This document shows, piece after piece, positions 19,241 to 28,793 of a stretch of 47,050 nt of DNA. Both the position numbers and the translations under genes were made by a program. Positions within the stretch are counted from its first letter, which is position 1; every line of letters starts with the position of its first letter. The DNA is from Sulfurospirillaceae bacterium (GTDB taxonomy: Bacteria; Campylobacterota; Campylobacteria; Campylobacterales; Sulfurospirillaceae). Below the pieces are notes generated by a model. The model saw only the letters and a program-made list of their open reading frames with translations. It was not told the DNA's origin and searched no databases. The stretch covers positions 1 through 47,050 of the forward strand of contig JAQWCT010000001.1 of NCBI GenBank assembly GCA_028705785.1. Reading direction: 5' to 3'.

Positions 19241-20597
19241 TATAGAAAATTCTTCTCAGCCAATTTATCGGTTCAAAAGATATCTTAGTTTTGGACTTAT
19301 ATCAATCATTTCAATCGTGTTACCATTTATTACTATTGATGGGAAACATATCTTTTTACTTAGCTTCGATAAAAAGCAATTGCACCTTTTATTTACTGCA
19401 TTTGATATGCAAGAGCTCTATTTGATGCCTTTTGTACTCATTTTGCTTTTTTTGAGTATCTTTTTTATCACGACACTAGGTGGTAGAGTCTGGTGTGGCT
19501 GGGCTTGTCCTCAAACAAGCTTTAGACTTATTTATCGTGACTTAATAGAGACAAAACTTTTGGGAATTCGCAAGAGCATTAAAAATAAACAAAAAGAGAC
19601 TGAAAGTGGTCAGGGTTTTAAAAAACTTTTAGCGTTCTTGATTTGGTCTGCACTCGCATTTTTGGCTGCAGCAAACTTTATATGGTATTTTGTGCCACCT
19701 GAAGATTTTTTTACTTATCTTCAAAATCCTATGGAACATACAGTTATGTATGGTTTCCTTACCTGTTTAGCGGCTTTTTTGATTTATGACATTATCTCAT
19801 TAAAAGAAGATTTTTGTGTTTATATCTGCCCTTACGCAAGAGTTCAATCTGTATTATTTGATGAAAATACAATTCAGACTATTTACGATGAAAAACGCGG
19901 TGGAAAGATTTTTGATGACCATGGTAACAAGATGGGAAACAAACCACCGCTTCCAAGTGATGATTGCACAGGGTGTGAAGCCTGTGTCAAAGTTTGTCCA
20001 ACACATATAGATATACGAAAAGGTATGCAACTTGAGTGTATCAACTGTCTAGAATGTGCCGATGCTTGTACTCCTATCATGGAAAAATTAGGTAAAAAAT
20101 CACTTATCACTTGGACAAGTGCCAATGAGATAGAAAGAGGTATTAAAACGCAATATCTCCGCTTTAGGACAGTTGCCTATGGTGTAGCGCTCACGATTGC
20201 ACTGATTGGTCTTTTTGCTATGGGTTCAACCAAAGAACATATGCTTCTCAATATTAACCGTACAAGTCAACTTTACAAAATTGCTGATGATGGTAAAACA
20301 ATAGATAATGTTTACACATTTTTATTCCAAAATACAGATTCAAAAGACCATCAGTATTACTTTGAGGTTTCAGATCCTAATATCAAAATTGACAAACCCA
20401 GCGAGCCATTTTTACTCAAGTCTGGAGAAAAAGTCAAAAAAGTAGTTATTCTTTCCTCAATACCTAAAGAAATTAAAGCTGAAGGCGAAGATATCCCTAT
20501 TGTTATTAAGGCATTTGCATTAGATGATAAAGAAAAAATTGTTGTTAATAGAGAAACAATATTTATTTATCCCAAAAAAAGTGACTATCATAACTAG
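19230..20597 (+). CDS. ccoG: cbb3 cytochrome c oxidase accessory protein CcoG/FixG
   Basis: GRVWCGWACPQT, FCVYICPY, CTGCEACVKVCP, IDIRKG.QLECINCLECADAC, C-terminal Ig-like domain. Confidence 0.95.
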   Translation: MSCSIENSSQPIYRFKRYLSFGLISIISIVLPFITIDGKHIFLLSFDKKQLHLLFTAFDMQELYLMPFVLILLFLSIFFITTLGGRVWCGWACPQTSFRLIYRDLIETKLLGIRKSIKNKQKETESGQGFKKLLAFLIWSALAFLAAANFIWYFVPPEDFFTYLQNPMEHTVMYGFLTCLAAFLIYDIISLKEDFCVYICPYARVQSVLFDENTIQTIYDEKRGGKIFDDHGNKMGNKPPLPSDDCTGCEACVKVCPTHIDIRKGMQLECINCLECADACTPIMEKLGKKSLITWTSANEIERGIKTQYLRFRTVAYGVALTIALIGLFAMGSTKEHMLLNINRTSQLYKIADDGKTIDNVYTFLFQNTDSKDHQYYFEVSDPNIKIDKPSEPFLLKSGEKVKKVVILSSIPKEIKAEGEDIPIVIKAFALDDKEKIVVNRETIFIYPKKSDYHN

Positions 20598-20655
20598 CTA
20601 CTTTACGGCATAGAGATAACAAATCTCTATGCCTACTTCCCCAGAAAAGAATAAT

Positions 20656-21057
20656 ATGCCAATCAATAAGCTTTTATTATCTCTCTTCCTTATCTTTTTT
20701 ATAGGTTGCGGAGAGCTTGTAAGTGTGAAAAAATATGATACTGATTTTTTTATTACACAACCCATATCTTTACATGTAGAGGATTCACCCTTAAAAGAAG
20801 ATATCAACGCTTTGTTAATAGCTGCTGGCTTTGTCATTGATGAGAGTAGTTCTATTCTACTAGAGGTTACAAGAGACCCTATCAACACAAATTGCCCACT
20901 TACAAATCCGAAAATGGCAAAAGAAACTTTCATACGAATAAGTGTTGTTCAAAATGGGGAAGAGCGCTATAGAATTCAGCGCAATCAAAAGGGGGAAATG
21001 AGTGTAGGTGATATTCAAAAAGTGATTGAAAAAATGAGAGGTGATTTAGTAAAGTAG
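20656..21057 (+). CDS. Hypothetical lipoprotein
   Basis: MPINKLLLSLFLIFFIGC lipoprotein signal; followed by terminator; start chosen by signal length. Confidence 0.65.
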   Translation: MPINKLLLSLFLIFFIGCGELVSVKKYDTDFFITQPISLHVEDSPLKEDINALLIAAGFVIDESSSILLEVTRDPINTNCPLTNPKMAKETFIRISVVQNGEERYRIQRNQKGEMSVGDIQKVIEKMRGDLVK

Positions 21058-21060
21058 TCA

Positions 21061-21091
21061 CCAGATGATGAAAACATCATCTGGATTTTTT
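21061..21091. terminator. Terminator between convergent lipoprotein gene and rplT
   Basis: CCAGATGATG-AAAA-CATCATCTGG perfect 10-bp stem plus T tract. Confidence 0.85.
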
Positions 21092-21094
21092 ATA

Positions 21095-21448
21095 TTAAAG
21101 TGCGGCTTTAGCTTGTTTAACAACTACAGCGAACGCTTCGGCATCATTCATAGCCATGTCAGCTAAAATTTTTCTATCTAAGTTGATATTTGCCTTATTT
21201 AAAGCGTTGATAAAGCGAGAATAGCTAATATCGTTTAATCTACAAGCAGCGTTGATTCTGGTGATCCAAAGTCTTCTAAAGTCTCTTTTTTTCTGGCGTC
21301 TATCTCTAAACGCATATACCATACTTCTTTCTAACTGCTCTTTCGCTTTTCTAAAGTGTTTTCTTCTGCCACTGTAGAAGCCTCTTGCCAATTTTAAGAT
21401 TTTCTTATGGCGTCTTCTTCTGACAATACCTGTTTTTACTCTTGCCAT
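21095..21448 (-). CDS. rplT: 50S ribosomal protein L20
   Basis: [34 protein letters not shown]. Confidence 0.98.
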   Translation of the reverse strand: MARVKTGIVRRRRHKKILKLARGFYSGRRKHFRKAKEQLERSMVYAFRDRRQKKRDFRRLWITRINAACRLNDISYSRFINALNKANINLDRKILADMAMNDAEAFAVVVKQAKAAL

Positions 21449-21510
21449 TGTGTCTCCTTGACCAATAAAATGTCGGTGTCCCTAAGGGAACTTGCCCTCT
21501 TTCGAGGGGA
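21449..21510 (-). promoter_or_regulatory. Structured rplT leader, candidate L20 autoregulatory element
   Basis: Three hairpins on - strand: CCCTC-GAAA-GAGGG, TCCC-TTA-GGGA, ACCGA..TTGGT immediately before SD AAGGAG. Confidence 0.5.
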
Positions 21511-21562
21511 ACATTGCAAATTAATATAATGACTTTATGTCAAAAACTCTTGTTGGATAAAA

Positions 21563-21757
21563 TTATGCTTTACAAAGCATTAATTTTATAGATTTCTCAT
21601 CGCGACTATCTACAACTTTAGACTCTTTCAAACCACGCATTCTTTTGCTTGGTTTTTTAGTAAGAATATGACTTCTAAAGGCTGCGCCTCTTTTAATCTT
21701 GCTCTTACCAATCTTGAAACGCTTAGCTGCACCGCGTACCGTTTTCATTTTCGGCAT
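21563..21757 (-). CDS. rpmI: 50S ribosomal protein L35
   Basis: [21 protein letters not shown]; ATG 21757 after AAAGGAG. Confidence 0.97.
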   Translation of the reverse strand: MPKMKTVRGAAKRFKIGKSKIKRGAAFRSHILTKKPSKRMRGLKESKVVDSRDEKSIKLMLCKA

Positions 21758-21799
21758 GGATACTCCTTTGATGTACACTAAAAATCTGTTTGGATTTGA

Positions 21800-21829
21800 C
21801 CCCTCTAGAAGATTAGAGGGGCTATTGTA
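21800..21829 (-). promoter_or_regulatory. Probable internal rpmI-rplT promoter (-10 TACAAT, 21824-21829) with 5' hairpin
   Basis: TTAAGATACAAT followed by CCCCTCTA-N6-TAGAGGGG (21800-21821). Confidence 0.5.
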
Positions 21830-21863
21830 TCTTAATATTTCTTAGAAATAATTAAAAATGAGA

Positions 21864-22379
21864 CTATTTTTTGGGAGTTACCAACATGTTGATATATCTA
21901 CCCTCTAGCTTAGGAGTTTTTTCTCGTTCAGCAATATCTTCAATGAGTGGCCATAAGTTTTCTAAGACATGCTCTCCAGCTTCTGGATTTGACATCTCTC
22001 GTCCACGCAAGAAAACACGAAATCGTACATGCTTGCCCTCTTCTAAGAATTCGCGCGCATGTTTGACTTTATAAGCAATGTCATTTGAGGCAATTTTAAC
22101 CGAAAGTTTAATCTCTTTAATCTCGATTATCTTCTGATTTTTTCTCGCTTCTTTGAGCTTTTTTTCTTGCTGATACTTAAACTTTCCGTAGTTCATAATT
22201 TTACAAACTGGTGGCGTTGCATCTGGAGCAATCAACACTAAATCTAAACCTAACTCATCCGCTTTTGCTAAAGCTTCTTTTCGGGTTATGATCCCATATT
22301 GTGTCCCATCGTCGCCGACACACCTTATCTCGTTTGCTCTAATGTCCTCATTAAGCATTACATCTTTGTCTTTACTCAA
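21864..22379 (-). CDS. infC: Translation initiation factor IF-3
   Basis: [40 protein letters not shown]; TTG start overlapping the thrS stop. Confidence 0.97.
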   Translation of the reverse strand: MSKDKDVMLNEDIRANEIRCVGDDGTQYGIITRKEALAKADELGLDLVLIAPDATPPVCKIMNYGKFKYQQEKKLKEARKNQKIIEIKEIKLSVKIASNDIAYKVKHAREFLEEGKHVRFRVFLRGREMSNPEAGEHVLENLWPLIEDIAEREKTPKLEGRYINMLVTPKK

Positions 22380-24193
22380 AAGTGTACCTCACTAAGCTTC
22401 TCCTTTAATTGTGATATTAATTCGTCTTTCGTTAAATTATACTGTATTCTTTCTCTTCTGTCTCTTACTGCGACTGTTTTTTGTTCAACTTCTGCATCGC
22501 CTAAGACTAAAATCATTGGAACACGCATCGTTTCAGCGTTTCTAATGCGTTTATTAAGGCTTTCATTTTTTGAAGATACCTCAACATCAACACCCTCAGC
22601 CATCAATGCGTTAGCCACTTCCTTAGCATAAGTCAAGTGAGCATCCGAAATAGGAATAATAACCACTTGCGTTGGTGCGATAAAGAATGGAAATTCACCC
22701 GCCGTGTGCTCGATTAAAATTCCGATAAATCGCTCAAATGAACCTAAAATCGCACGATGCAACATAACTGGTCGTGCATGTTCATTATTAGCATCCACAT
22801 AAGAAATATCAAATCGCTCTGGCAAGTTAAAATCAACTTGGATGGTTCCACACTGCCATTTTCGCTTCAATGCATCGGTGATTTTAATGTCGATTTTAGG
22901 ACCATAAAATGCCCCGCCACCTTCATCAATGCCGTATTTGATACCATTTTCATCAAGTGCATCTTTAAGCCCTTGTGTTGCTGCAATCCAATACGCCTCA
23001 TCTCCAATAGATTTAGTAGGTCTAGTTGAAATTTCCATATCGTACTTAAATCCAAAAGCACTCATGATAGAATCGACAAAACTTAAAATTTCTATAACAT
23101 TTTCTTTGATTTGGTCAGGTGTACAGAAAATATGTGCATCATCTTGAGTAAATTCGCGCACTCTAAAGAGTCCATGCAACACACCACTTTTTTCATGACG
23201 ATGAACAACACCATACTCAAAAAATTTGAGTGGTAAGTCACGGTAACTTCTTACTTCGTTTTGAAAGACTTTAATGTGACCCAAACAGTTCATCGGCTTA
23301 ATACCGTATTCTGCGTCATCGATCACCGTAAAATACATATTTTCGCCATAATTTTCATAATGACCACTCGTCTTCCATGCATCTGATTTTAAAATCTCAG
23401 GACCACGAACGGGCTGATACCCTCTTTGTCTATGGGCTTTAAATAAAAGTTGTTCGAGTTTACTGCGAAGTCTTCCACCATTGGGTAACCAAATAGGAAG
23501 TCCAGCCCCTACTTCTTCATCAAAAGTAAAGAGTTTAAGTTCATTTCCAATTTTTCGATGATCGCGTTTTTTAGCTTCTTCGATCATGGTGACATAGTCT
23601 TTAAGACTCTCTTTATCCGCAAAAGCAATACCATAAATGCGTGTTAGCATTTCGCGTTTTTCATCACCACCAAGGTATGCACCAGCCACTTTAATGAGTT
23701 TAAAAAATCTCAAATATCGCGTATTGGGGACATGAGGGCCTCGACATAAATCTTCGAAATCACCTTGTTTATAGACAGAAACTTCGCCATCAGGGATACG
23801 AAGTAAAACTTCTTGTTTCAAATCATCATTGGCAAATTGTTTGACAACAGCACTCTTAGTGGTGTAACTTTTTTCAATGGGGAGTTTTGAGTTGGCAATT
23901 TCTTGCATCTTCTTTTCGATCTCTTTAAGATCTGCGTCACCTATCTTTTCGCTTACACGAAAATCATAGTAAAAACCATCTTCTATCACAGGCCCTACAA
24001 AAAATTGTGCATCTTTATAGAGTGCTTTAATCGCTTGAGCCATCATATGTGCACATGAGTGACGAATCAACTCAAGAGCCTCTTTAGAATTATCAAACAA
24101 AATGGCATTTTCGTAAGTGGAGGAAGTGGCAGCAGCAGTTTGAGTATCGATAGTTTGATCGCCTACTTTATAGGCTAAAACATCTTGTGTCAT
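22376..24193 (-). CDS. thrS: Threonyl-tRNA synthetase
   Basis: [58 protein letters not shown]. Confidence 0.98.
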   Translation of the reverse strand: MTQDVLAYKVGDQTIDTQTAAATSSTYENAILFDNSKEALELIRHSCAHMMAQAIKALYKDAQFFVGPVIEDGFYYDFRVSEKIGDADLKEIEKKMQEIANSKLPIEKSYTTKSAVVKQFANDDLKQEVLLRIPDGEVSVYKQGDFEDLCRGPHVPNTRYLRFFKLIKVAGAYLGGDEKREMLTRIYGIAFADKESLKDYVTMIEEAKKRDHRKIGNELKLFTFDEEVGAGLPIWLPNGGRLRSKLEQLLFKAHRQRGYQPVRGPEILKSDAWKTSGHYENYGENMYFTVIDDAEYGIKPMNCLGHIKVFQNEVRSYRDLPLKFFEYGVVHRHEKSGVLHGLFRVREFTQDDAHIFCTPDQIKENVIEILSFVDSIMSAFGFKYDMEISTRPTKSIGDEAYWIAATQGLKDALDENGIKYGIDEGGGAFYGPKIDIKITDALKRKWQCGTIQVDFNLPERFDISYVDANNEHARPVMLHRAILGSFERFIGILIEHTAGEFPFFIAPTQVVIIPISDAHLTYAKEVANALMAEGVDVEVSSKNESLNKRIRNAETMRVPMILVLGDAEVEQKTVAVRDRRERIQYNLTKDELISQLKEKLSEVHF

Positions 24194-24246
24194 CGGTATT
24201 TCCTTTTACTTGTATGAACTCCCAAACCAACGGGAGAACAAAAAAA

Positions 24247-24322
24247 TGGTGGTCGCGAGAGGATTCGAACCTCCGACCACTACCTTGTCGAGGTAGTGCT
24301 CTACCAACTGAGCTACGCGGCC
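24247..24322 (-). tRNA. tRNA-Val(GAC)
   Basis: 76-nt cloverleaf GGCCGCGTAGCTCAGTTGGTAGAGC..CTACC-TCGACAA-GGTAG..GGTTCGAATCC..ACCA; TGCTATAAT promoter (-10 at 24343-24348). Confidence 0.93.
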
Positions 24323-24404
24323 ATATCATTTTAAGAGTTGAGATTATAGCAAAAAAAATAAGAAAATCAACTTTTTTGTAGAAATTCTTTACATGTAAAG
24401 CCTA

Positions 24405-24851
24405 TTAAGCCTTTTTTGAGCTTTTCCATGAGAGGTATAAAATCATCACAACACCAAAGTCTATCATCACATCTGCAAAATTAAAGACGGCAAATTCAAA
24501 TCCATAATGCCAAAAAAGATAATCCACTACACCGCCATGAATAAATCTGTCAAACACATTACTAAGCCCTGCTCCTGCGATAATTCCCGCAGGAAAAGCA
24601 TATTTTATAAATGTCTCTTTTTCCCAAATCAAGTAACTGCATAGACCTACGATAAGAATTAACTGAATATATTTAAGATATTCATCTAAAAAAGAAAGCA
24701 TCGAAAAAGCAACGCCTTTATTAAATGTCAAAACCAGTGAAAAATAGTCTCCATTCCAGCGAAGCCCTTCTAAAAAAAGTGTTTTGAGCCACTGATCAAT
24801 ACAAAAAATGACAACAAGTGAAACAAGAAAAAATTTCAAAGCCCTATTCAT
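24405..24851 (-). CDS. lspA: Lipoprotein signal peptidase II
   Basis: DQWLK, NKGVAFS, SNVFDR, GGVVDY, AVFNFAD. Confidence 0.95.
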   Translation of the reverse strand: MNRALKFFLVSLVVIFCIDQWLKTLFLEGLRWNGDYFSLVLTFNKGVAFSMLSFLDEYLKYIQLILIVGLCSYLIWEKETFIKYAFPAGIIAGAGLSNVFDRFIHGGVVDYLFWHYGFEFAVFNFADVMIDFGVVMILYLSWKSSKKA

Positions 24852-26184
24852 TAAGAGCGCTTTTCAAAAATTTGACTGTTTTATCCATACTCTCTTCCAA
24901 GATTCTTTCTTCCTTGCCCTCAAGTAAAATACGCAGTAGATTTTCGGTTCCAGAGTAACGAATCAAAACGCGAATTTTTTTACCTTCAATCTCTTTAACC
25001 AGTGCTGGATAGCCTTTTATCTCTGACAAGGGAATTTTATTATCGACTGTAATATTCTGTTGGAGTTGAGGATAGAGCTCAAAAGGATTGAGTAATTTAC
25101 TCACTTTTTTCTTCTCAATGAGCACACAGTGCATAACACACAGTGCTGCCACTAACGCATCGCCTGTTTTCGCAAAATCGGAGAGAATGATATGCCCACT
25201 TTGTTCACCGCCGAAGTTGATTTTTTCCTTATACAAGGCTTCTAAGACATTTTTATCGCCGACATCACAGCGGTATGTTTTGATACCATCTTTTGTCAGA
25301 TAATCTTCTAACGCTTGATTGCTCATAACAGTAACACATGCGCCATTGTTAGTGAGTGCGTTTTGACTTTTGAGGAAAGTGGCAATCTTGCCTAAAAGCT
25401 TATCGCCATGTATAGGATTTCCATTTTCATCGACTACCACAAGTCTATCAGCATCACCATCAAAAGCAAATCCCACATCTGCACGAAGGCGTCTTACTTC
25501 TTCGCCTAATTCTTCGGGATGTAAAGCGCCACAATTTAAATTGATATTGCTTCCATTGGGTTCATCATTAATCATAATAACATCAGCACCTAATTCATTA
25601 AAAATCGTTGGAGCGACTTTATAGGCTGCGCCATTGGCAGTATCTAGGACAATACGAAAGCCTTTAAGCGTCAGATTTTTAGGAAAAGAGTTTTTAATTT
25701 GCACGATGTAGCGCCCAATAACATCATCAACCCGTTTAGAGCGCCCTATATCAAACTCCATCGTCTGATTTTTTTCGATTAACTCATCATCATAGTAAAT
25801 CTTCTCGATTTCCATTTCATCGGCTTCACCTAGTTTATTGCCAAATGAATCAAAAAATTTGATACCATTATCAAAATAAGGATTGTGCGAAGCACTAATC
25901 ATAATTCCCGCGTCACAACGCATGTCTTCTGTTAAAAAAGCAATGGCAGGAGTTGGCATTGGTCCGATTTGCCTGACATCATAACCAACAGCTGTCAAGC
26001 CTGAAACAATGGCATTTTCTATCATATACCCACTGCGTCTGGTGTCTTTGCCGACTAAAATTTTATTGGTAATGGAATTTTTACGAAAATAAATACCAGC
26101 AGCCATTGCTAAACGCATCGCCATAAAAGCATTCAGTTTTTTTCCTGCTTTCCCTCGTACTCCGTCTGTTCCAAAAAGTTTCAT
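24844..26184 (-). CDS. glmM: Phosphoglucosamine mutase
   Basis: [35 protein letters not shown]. Confidence 0.97.
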   Translation of the reverse strand: MKLFGTDGVRGKAGKKLNAFMAMRLAMAAGIYFRKNSITNKILVGKDTRRSGYMIENAIVSGLTAVGYDVRQIGPMPTPAIAFLTEDMRCDAGIMISASHNPYFDNGIKFFDSFGNKLGEADEMEIEKIYYDDELIEKNQTMEFDIGRSKRVDDVIGRYIVQIKNSFPKNLTLKGFRIVLDTANGAAYKVAPTIFNELGADVIMINDEPNGSNINLNCGALHPEELGEEVRRLRADVGFAFDGDADRLVVVDENGNPIHGDKLLGKIATFLKSQNALTNNGACVTVMSNQALEDYLTKDGIKTYRCDVGDKNVLEALYKEKINFGGEQSGHIILSDFAKTGDALVAALCVMHCVLIEKKKVSKLLNPFELYPQLQQNITVDNKIPLSEIKGYPALVKEIEGKKIRVLIRYSGTENLLRILLEGKEERILEESMDKTVKFLKSALNE

Positions 26185-26298
26185 TTGTATTTCTCACTTT
26201 ACATGTAAATATTTATCCCAATTGTAACAAAACTTTTTTAATCTTTACATGTAAAGTGTATAATAGTGCCTAAAGTACTTATACCAAAGGATAAATAG

Positions 26299-26676
26299 AT
26301 GAATTTAGACAAGGTTATCTCAGGATTTTTTATTATCTTAGCCATGACACTTAACTTTGGCTTTTTTTATGGTGATTTAAGCGATATTGAACTGCATAGT
26401 AAATATGAGCTTTTTGCTGCTCTAGTCGTCAATATCATTGCCACAACTCTTAAAATTGGGGATAAAACACAGCTAGGCTCAGTTCTTTTAGCGACCAGTC
26501 TTGTAGCAGATATGCAACTGATTGCTTCTGCAACGATTTGGACAATAGCATCCTATGCGTATACAGTAGATCGTGAAATTGCCTCAATTGTTATCAGCCT
26601 TAGCGGTGGAGCTTTAATGGCAAATATTACCAGTGTCTTTTTATACATTGGCGACACCTTAAAATCTAAGCGTTAG
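26299..26676 (+). CDS. Small conserved membrane protein (DUF6394-like) upstream of K+ channel
   Basis: Four hydrophobic segments, TLNFGFF, LATSLVAD.QL, SGGALMAN; RBS AAGGA; TATAAT at 26259-26264. Confidence 0.7.
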   Translation: MNLDKVISGFFIILAMTLNFGFFYGDLSDIELHSKYELFAALVVNIIATTLKIGDKTQLGSVLLATSLVADMQLIASATIWTIASYAYTVDREIASIVISLSGGALMANITSVFLYIGDTLKSKR

Positions 26677-26684
26677 GAAGATTC

Positions 26685-28373
26685 TTGAAAAGCAGCTCTT
26701 TATGGCTTATTTTACAGCGTATGCGTACGCCTTTTTTAGTTATTATTATCACTTATACTGTTTCTATCATAGGGCTTTTGATCATCGATGGCATGGATAA
26801 CAATGGGAATGTCTACAAATTAACCATTTTTGATGCTTTTTATTTTATAAGCTACACTGCCACGACCATAGGATTTGGTGAAACTCCTTTTGCATTTACT
26901 TATCCTCAACGCATCTGGGTCTCTATGAGCGTATTTTTTACCGTCACGGGATGGTTTTACAGTCTTGGAAGTTTAATTACTATATTACAGGATAAACTTT
27001 TCATCCAAGAGTTTCAAAAAGCAAAGTTTATTCGCAATATCAGTACTTTAAAAGAGCGTTTTATCATCATTCTCGGCTACAACTCCATTACCAGTGAAAT
27101 CATTAAAAAAGCTAACGAATATGGTCTTCGCGCTGTGGTTGTTGAAAAAGAAGAAAGTAAACGAGACGCTCTTTTGTTAGAAAATTTTACACCGTCTGTT
27201 TATTGTCTTAACGCAGATGCATACGACTCGGAAGCACTTGAAATAGCTGGTATCAAATCACCTTTTTGTAAAGCCATTGTGAGTCTTTTTGAAAATGATG
27301 CACTCAATCTTCGCATTGCGCTCACGGCAAAGGTTCTCAGCCCCAACATTACCATGGCCATTAAATCTACCACCAAAAACCACACCGAAAATTTGCTTGA
27401 TTTGGGTGTGCAGATTATTGAAAACCCCTTTGACATTATTGCAAAACAAATTCATATGGCTATCAACACCCCCAACACGCTCAGGCTTGCCCGTTGGATT
27501 TATGGTTTATCCCATTTATCTGACCCTCTTTTAAACCTTCCTCGAGGAAAATACATCGTTTGTGGCTACGGGAGAATGGGTAAAAGTATTTACGAAGTGC
27601 TCAAAGAAAACGATTTTGATATTGCTTTTGCGGAAATTGATGTGGAAAAAACCAAACAACTTCCCTCTTTTGAGCGTAAAATGGTTCATATTGGGGATGG
27701 AGACGATAGAGAAATGCTTAAAGACCTTGGTGTCGAATCGTGTGTTGGTATTATTGCTGGAACCAATGACGATACAACGAATCTTTCTATCTTAGCAACT
27801 GCGCGCAAACTCAACCCAAATATCATTACCATTGCACGCGAAAATGAGTTAGAAGATTTTTCTATTTTTAATAACTCTCGCATTGATATAGTTTTTATAC
27901 CTGCTAAAGTTCTTATCACCAAAACAGTTCATGCTATTATTAACCCAGCCTTGGATCTGTTTATCAAACATATTAATACCCTGAACGAAGAAAGAGTTAT
28001 TTTACTGACAAAAGAGCTTTTAAACCTTGATTTAGATCCGCTTCTTTTTACATGTAAGATTGATGAAGCAACAACACCTATGATTTTTCAACACGCTGGA
28101 CCTATTAGGTTAAAACTGCTCAAGACTTCTTTAAAAAACTACCTTTTAGAAAATAATCTTATAACCCTCATGCTTGTTCGTCGTAAAGAGGTTATTTTAC
28201 TGCCTTCTTGGGAAACTATCTTGGAAAAAAATGACCTATTATTATTTGCTGGTGATGCCAATGCTCAAGACCATCTTGAGTATATTACACAAAATCCTCA
28301 TGAGTTTTATTATGCGCTTTATGGTAAAGAAAAGGGATTTTTTCACACACTTTTCACCAAATCAGCTTCTTAA
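26685..28373 (+). CDS. Potassium channel with tandem RCK/TrkA-N domains
   Basis: 2TM pore with filter TATTIGFGE; ILGYN and VCGYGRMG Rossmann motifs; TTG start. Confidence 0.9.
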   Translation: MKSSSLWLILQRMRTPFLVIIITYTVSIIGLLIIDGMDNNGNVYKLTIFDAFYFISYTATTIGFGETPFAFTYPQRIWVSMSVFFTVTGWFYSLGSLITILQDKLFIQEFQKAKFIRNISTLKERFIIILGYNSITSEIIKKANEYGLRAVVVEKEESKRDALLLENFTPSVYCLNADAYDSEALEIAGIKSPFCKAIVSLFENDALNLRIALTAKVLSPNITMAIKSTTKNHTENLLDLGVQIIENPFDIIAKQIHMAINTPNTLRLARWIYGLSHLSDPLLNLPRGKYIVCGYGRMGKSIYEVLKENDFDIAFAEIDVEKTKQLPSFERKMVHIGDGDDREMLKDLGVESCVGIIAGTNDDTTNLSILATARKLNPNIITIARENELEDFSIFNNSRIDIVFIPAKVLITKTVHAIINPALDLFIKHINTLNEERVILLTKELLNLDLDPLLFTCKIDEATTPMIFQHAGPIRLKLLKTSLKNYLLENNLITLMLVRRKEVILLPSWETILEKNDLLLFAGDANAQDHLEYITQNPHEFYYALYGKEKGFFHTLFTKSAS

Positions 28374-28487
28374 CCCCTAAAAAATGCAAAAGAAGCTATT
28401 TTTATTTTAAAAAACACTTAAAATAAGTTCCATTTAATATTAATTTTTATATAATCTACGCCTAAATTTAAATTGAAAGGCTTATCT

Positions 28488-28763
28488 ATGGCAAATCACA
28501 AGTCAGCAGAAAAGCGTATTAGACAAACTATAAAGCGCACAGAAAGAAATAGATTTTATAAAACTAGAATCAAAAATCTTACAAGAGCGGTTAGAGAAGC
28601 AGTTGAAGCTGGAGATCAAGCAGCAGCTGAATTAGCATTGAAAAATGTTAATAAAAACTTCCATGCTTACTCAAGCAAAGGTATTTTAACTAAAAATACT
28701 GCAGCAAGACGCGTAAGCAGATTGTCTAAAATGGTCAATACGCTAGGTAATGTTGCTGCATAA
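28488..28763 (+). CDS. rpsT: 30S ribosomal protein S20
   Basis: [24 protein letters not shown]; TATAAT at 28450-28455. Confidence 0.98.
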   Translation: MANHKSAEKRIRQTIKRTERNRFYKTRIKNLTRAVREAVEAGDQAAAELALKNVNKNFHAYSSKGILTKNTAARRVSRLSKMVNTLGNVAA

Positions 28764-28793
28764 CCTGCGGCAACACCTCTTTTCCTCCTTTAC

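Noticed and set aside
24194-24246. T-box riboswitch upstream of thrS; island integration at tRNA-Val
   Set aside because: Only 53 nt are available, and the TGGTGG nearby is just the tRNA 3' end on the other strand; no duplicated tRNA end or foreign genes seen
24187-24381. 64-aa ORF on + strand
   Set aside because: It is the antisense reading of the tRNA-Val gene
28735-28790. Minus-strand AGGAGG followed by GTG and a 13-codon ORF antisense to the rpsT end
   Set aside because: Too short, no promoter evident; more simply the complement of the CU-rich spacer
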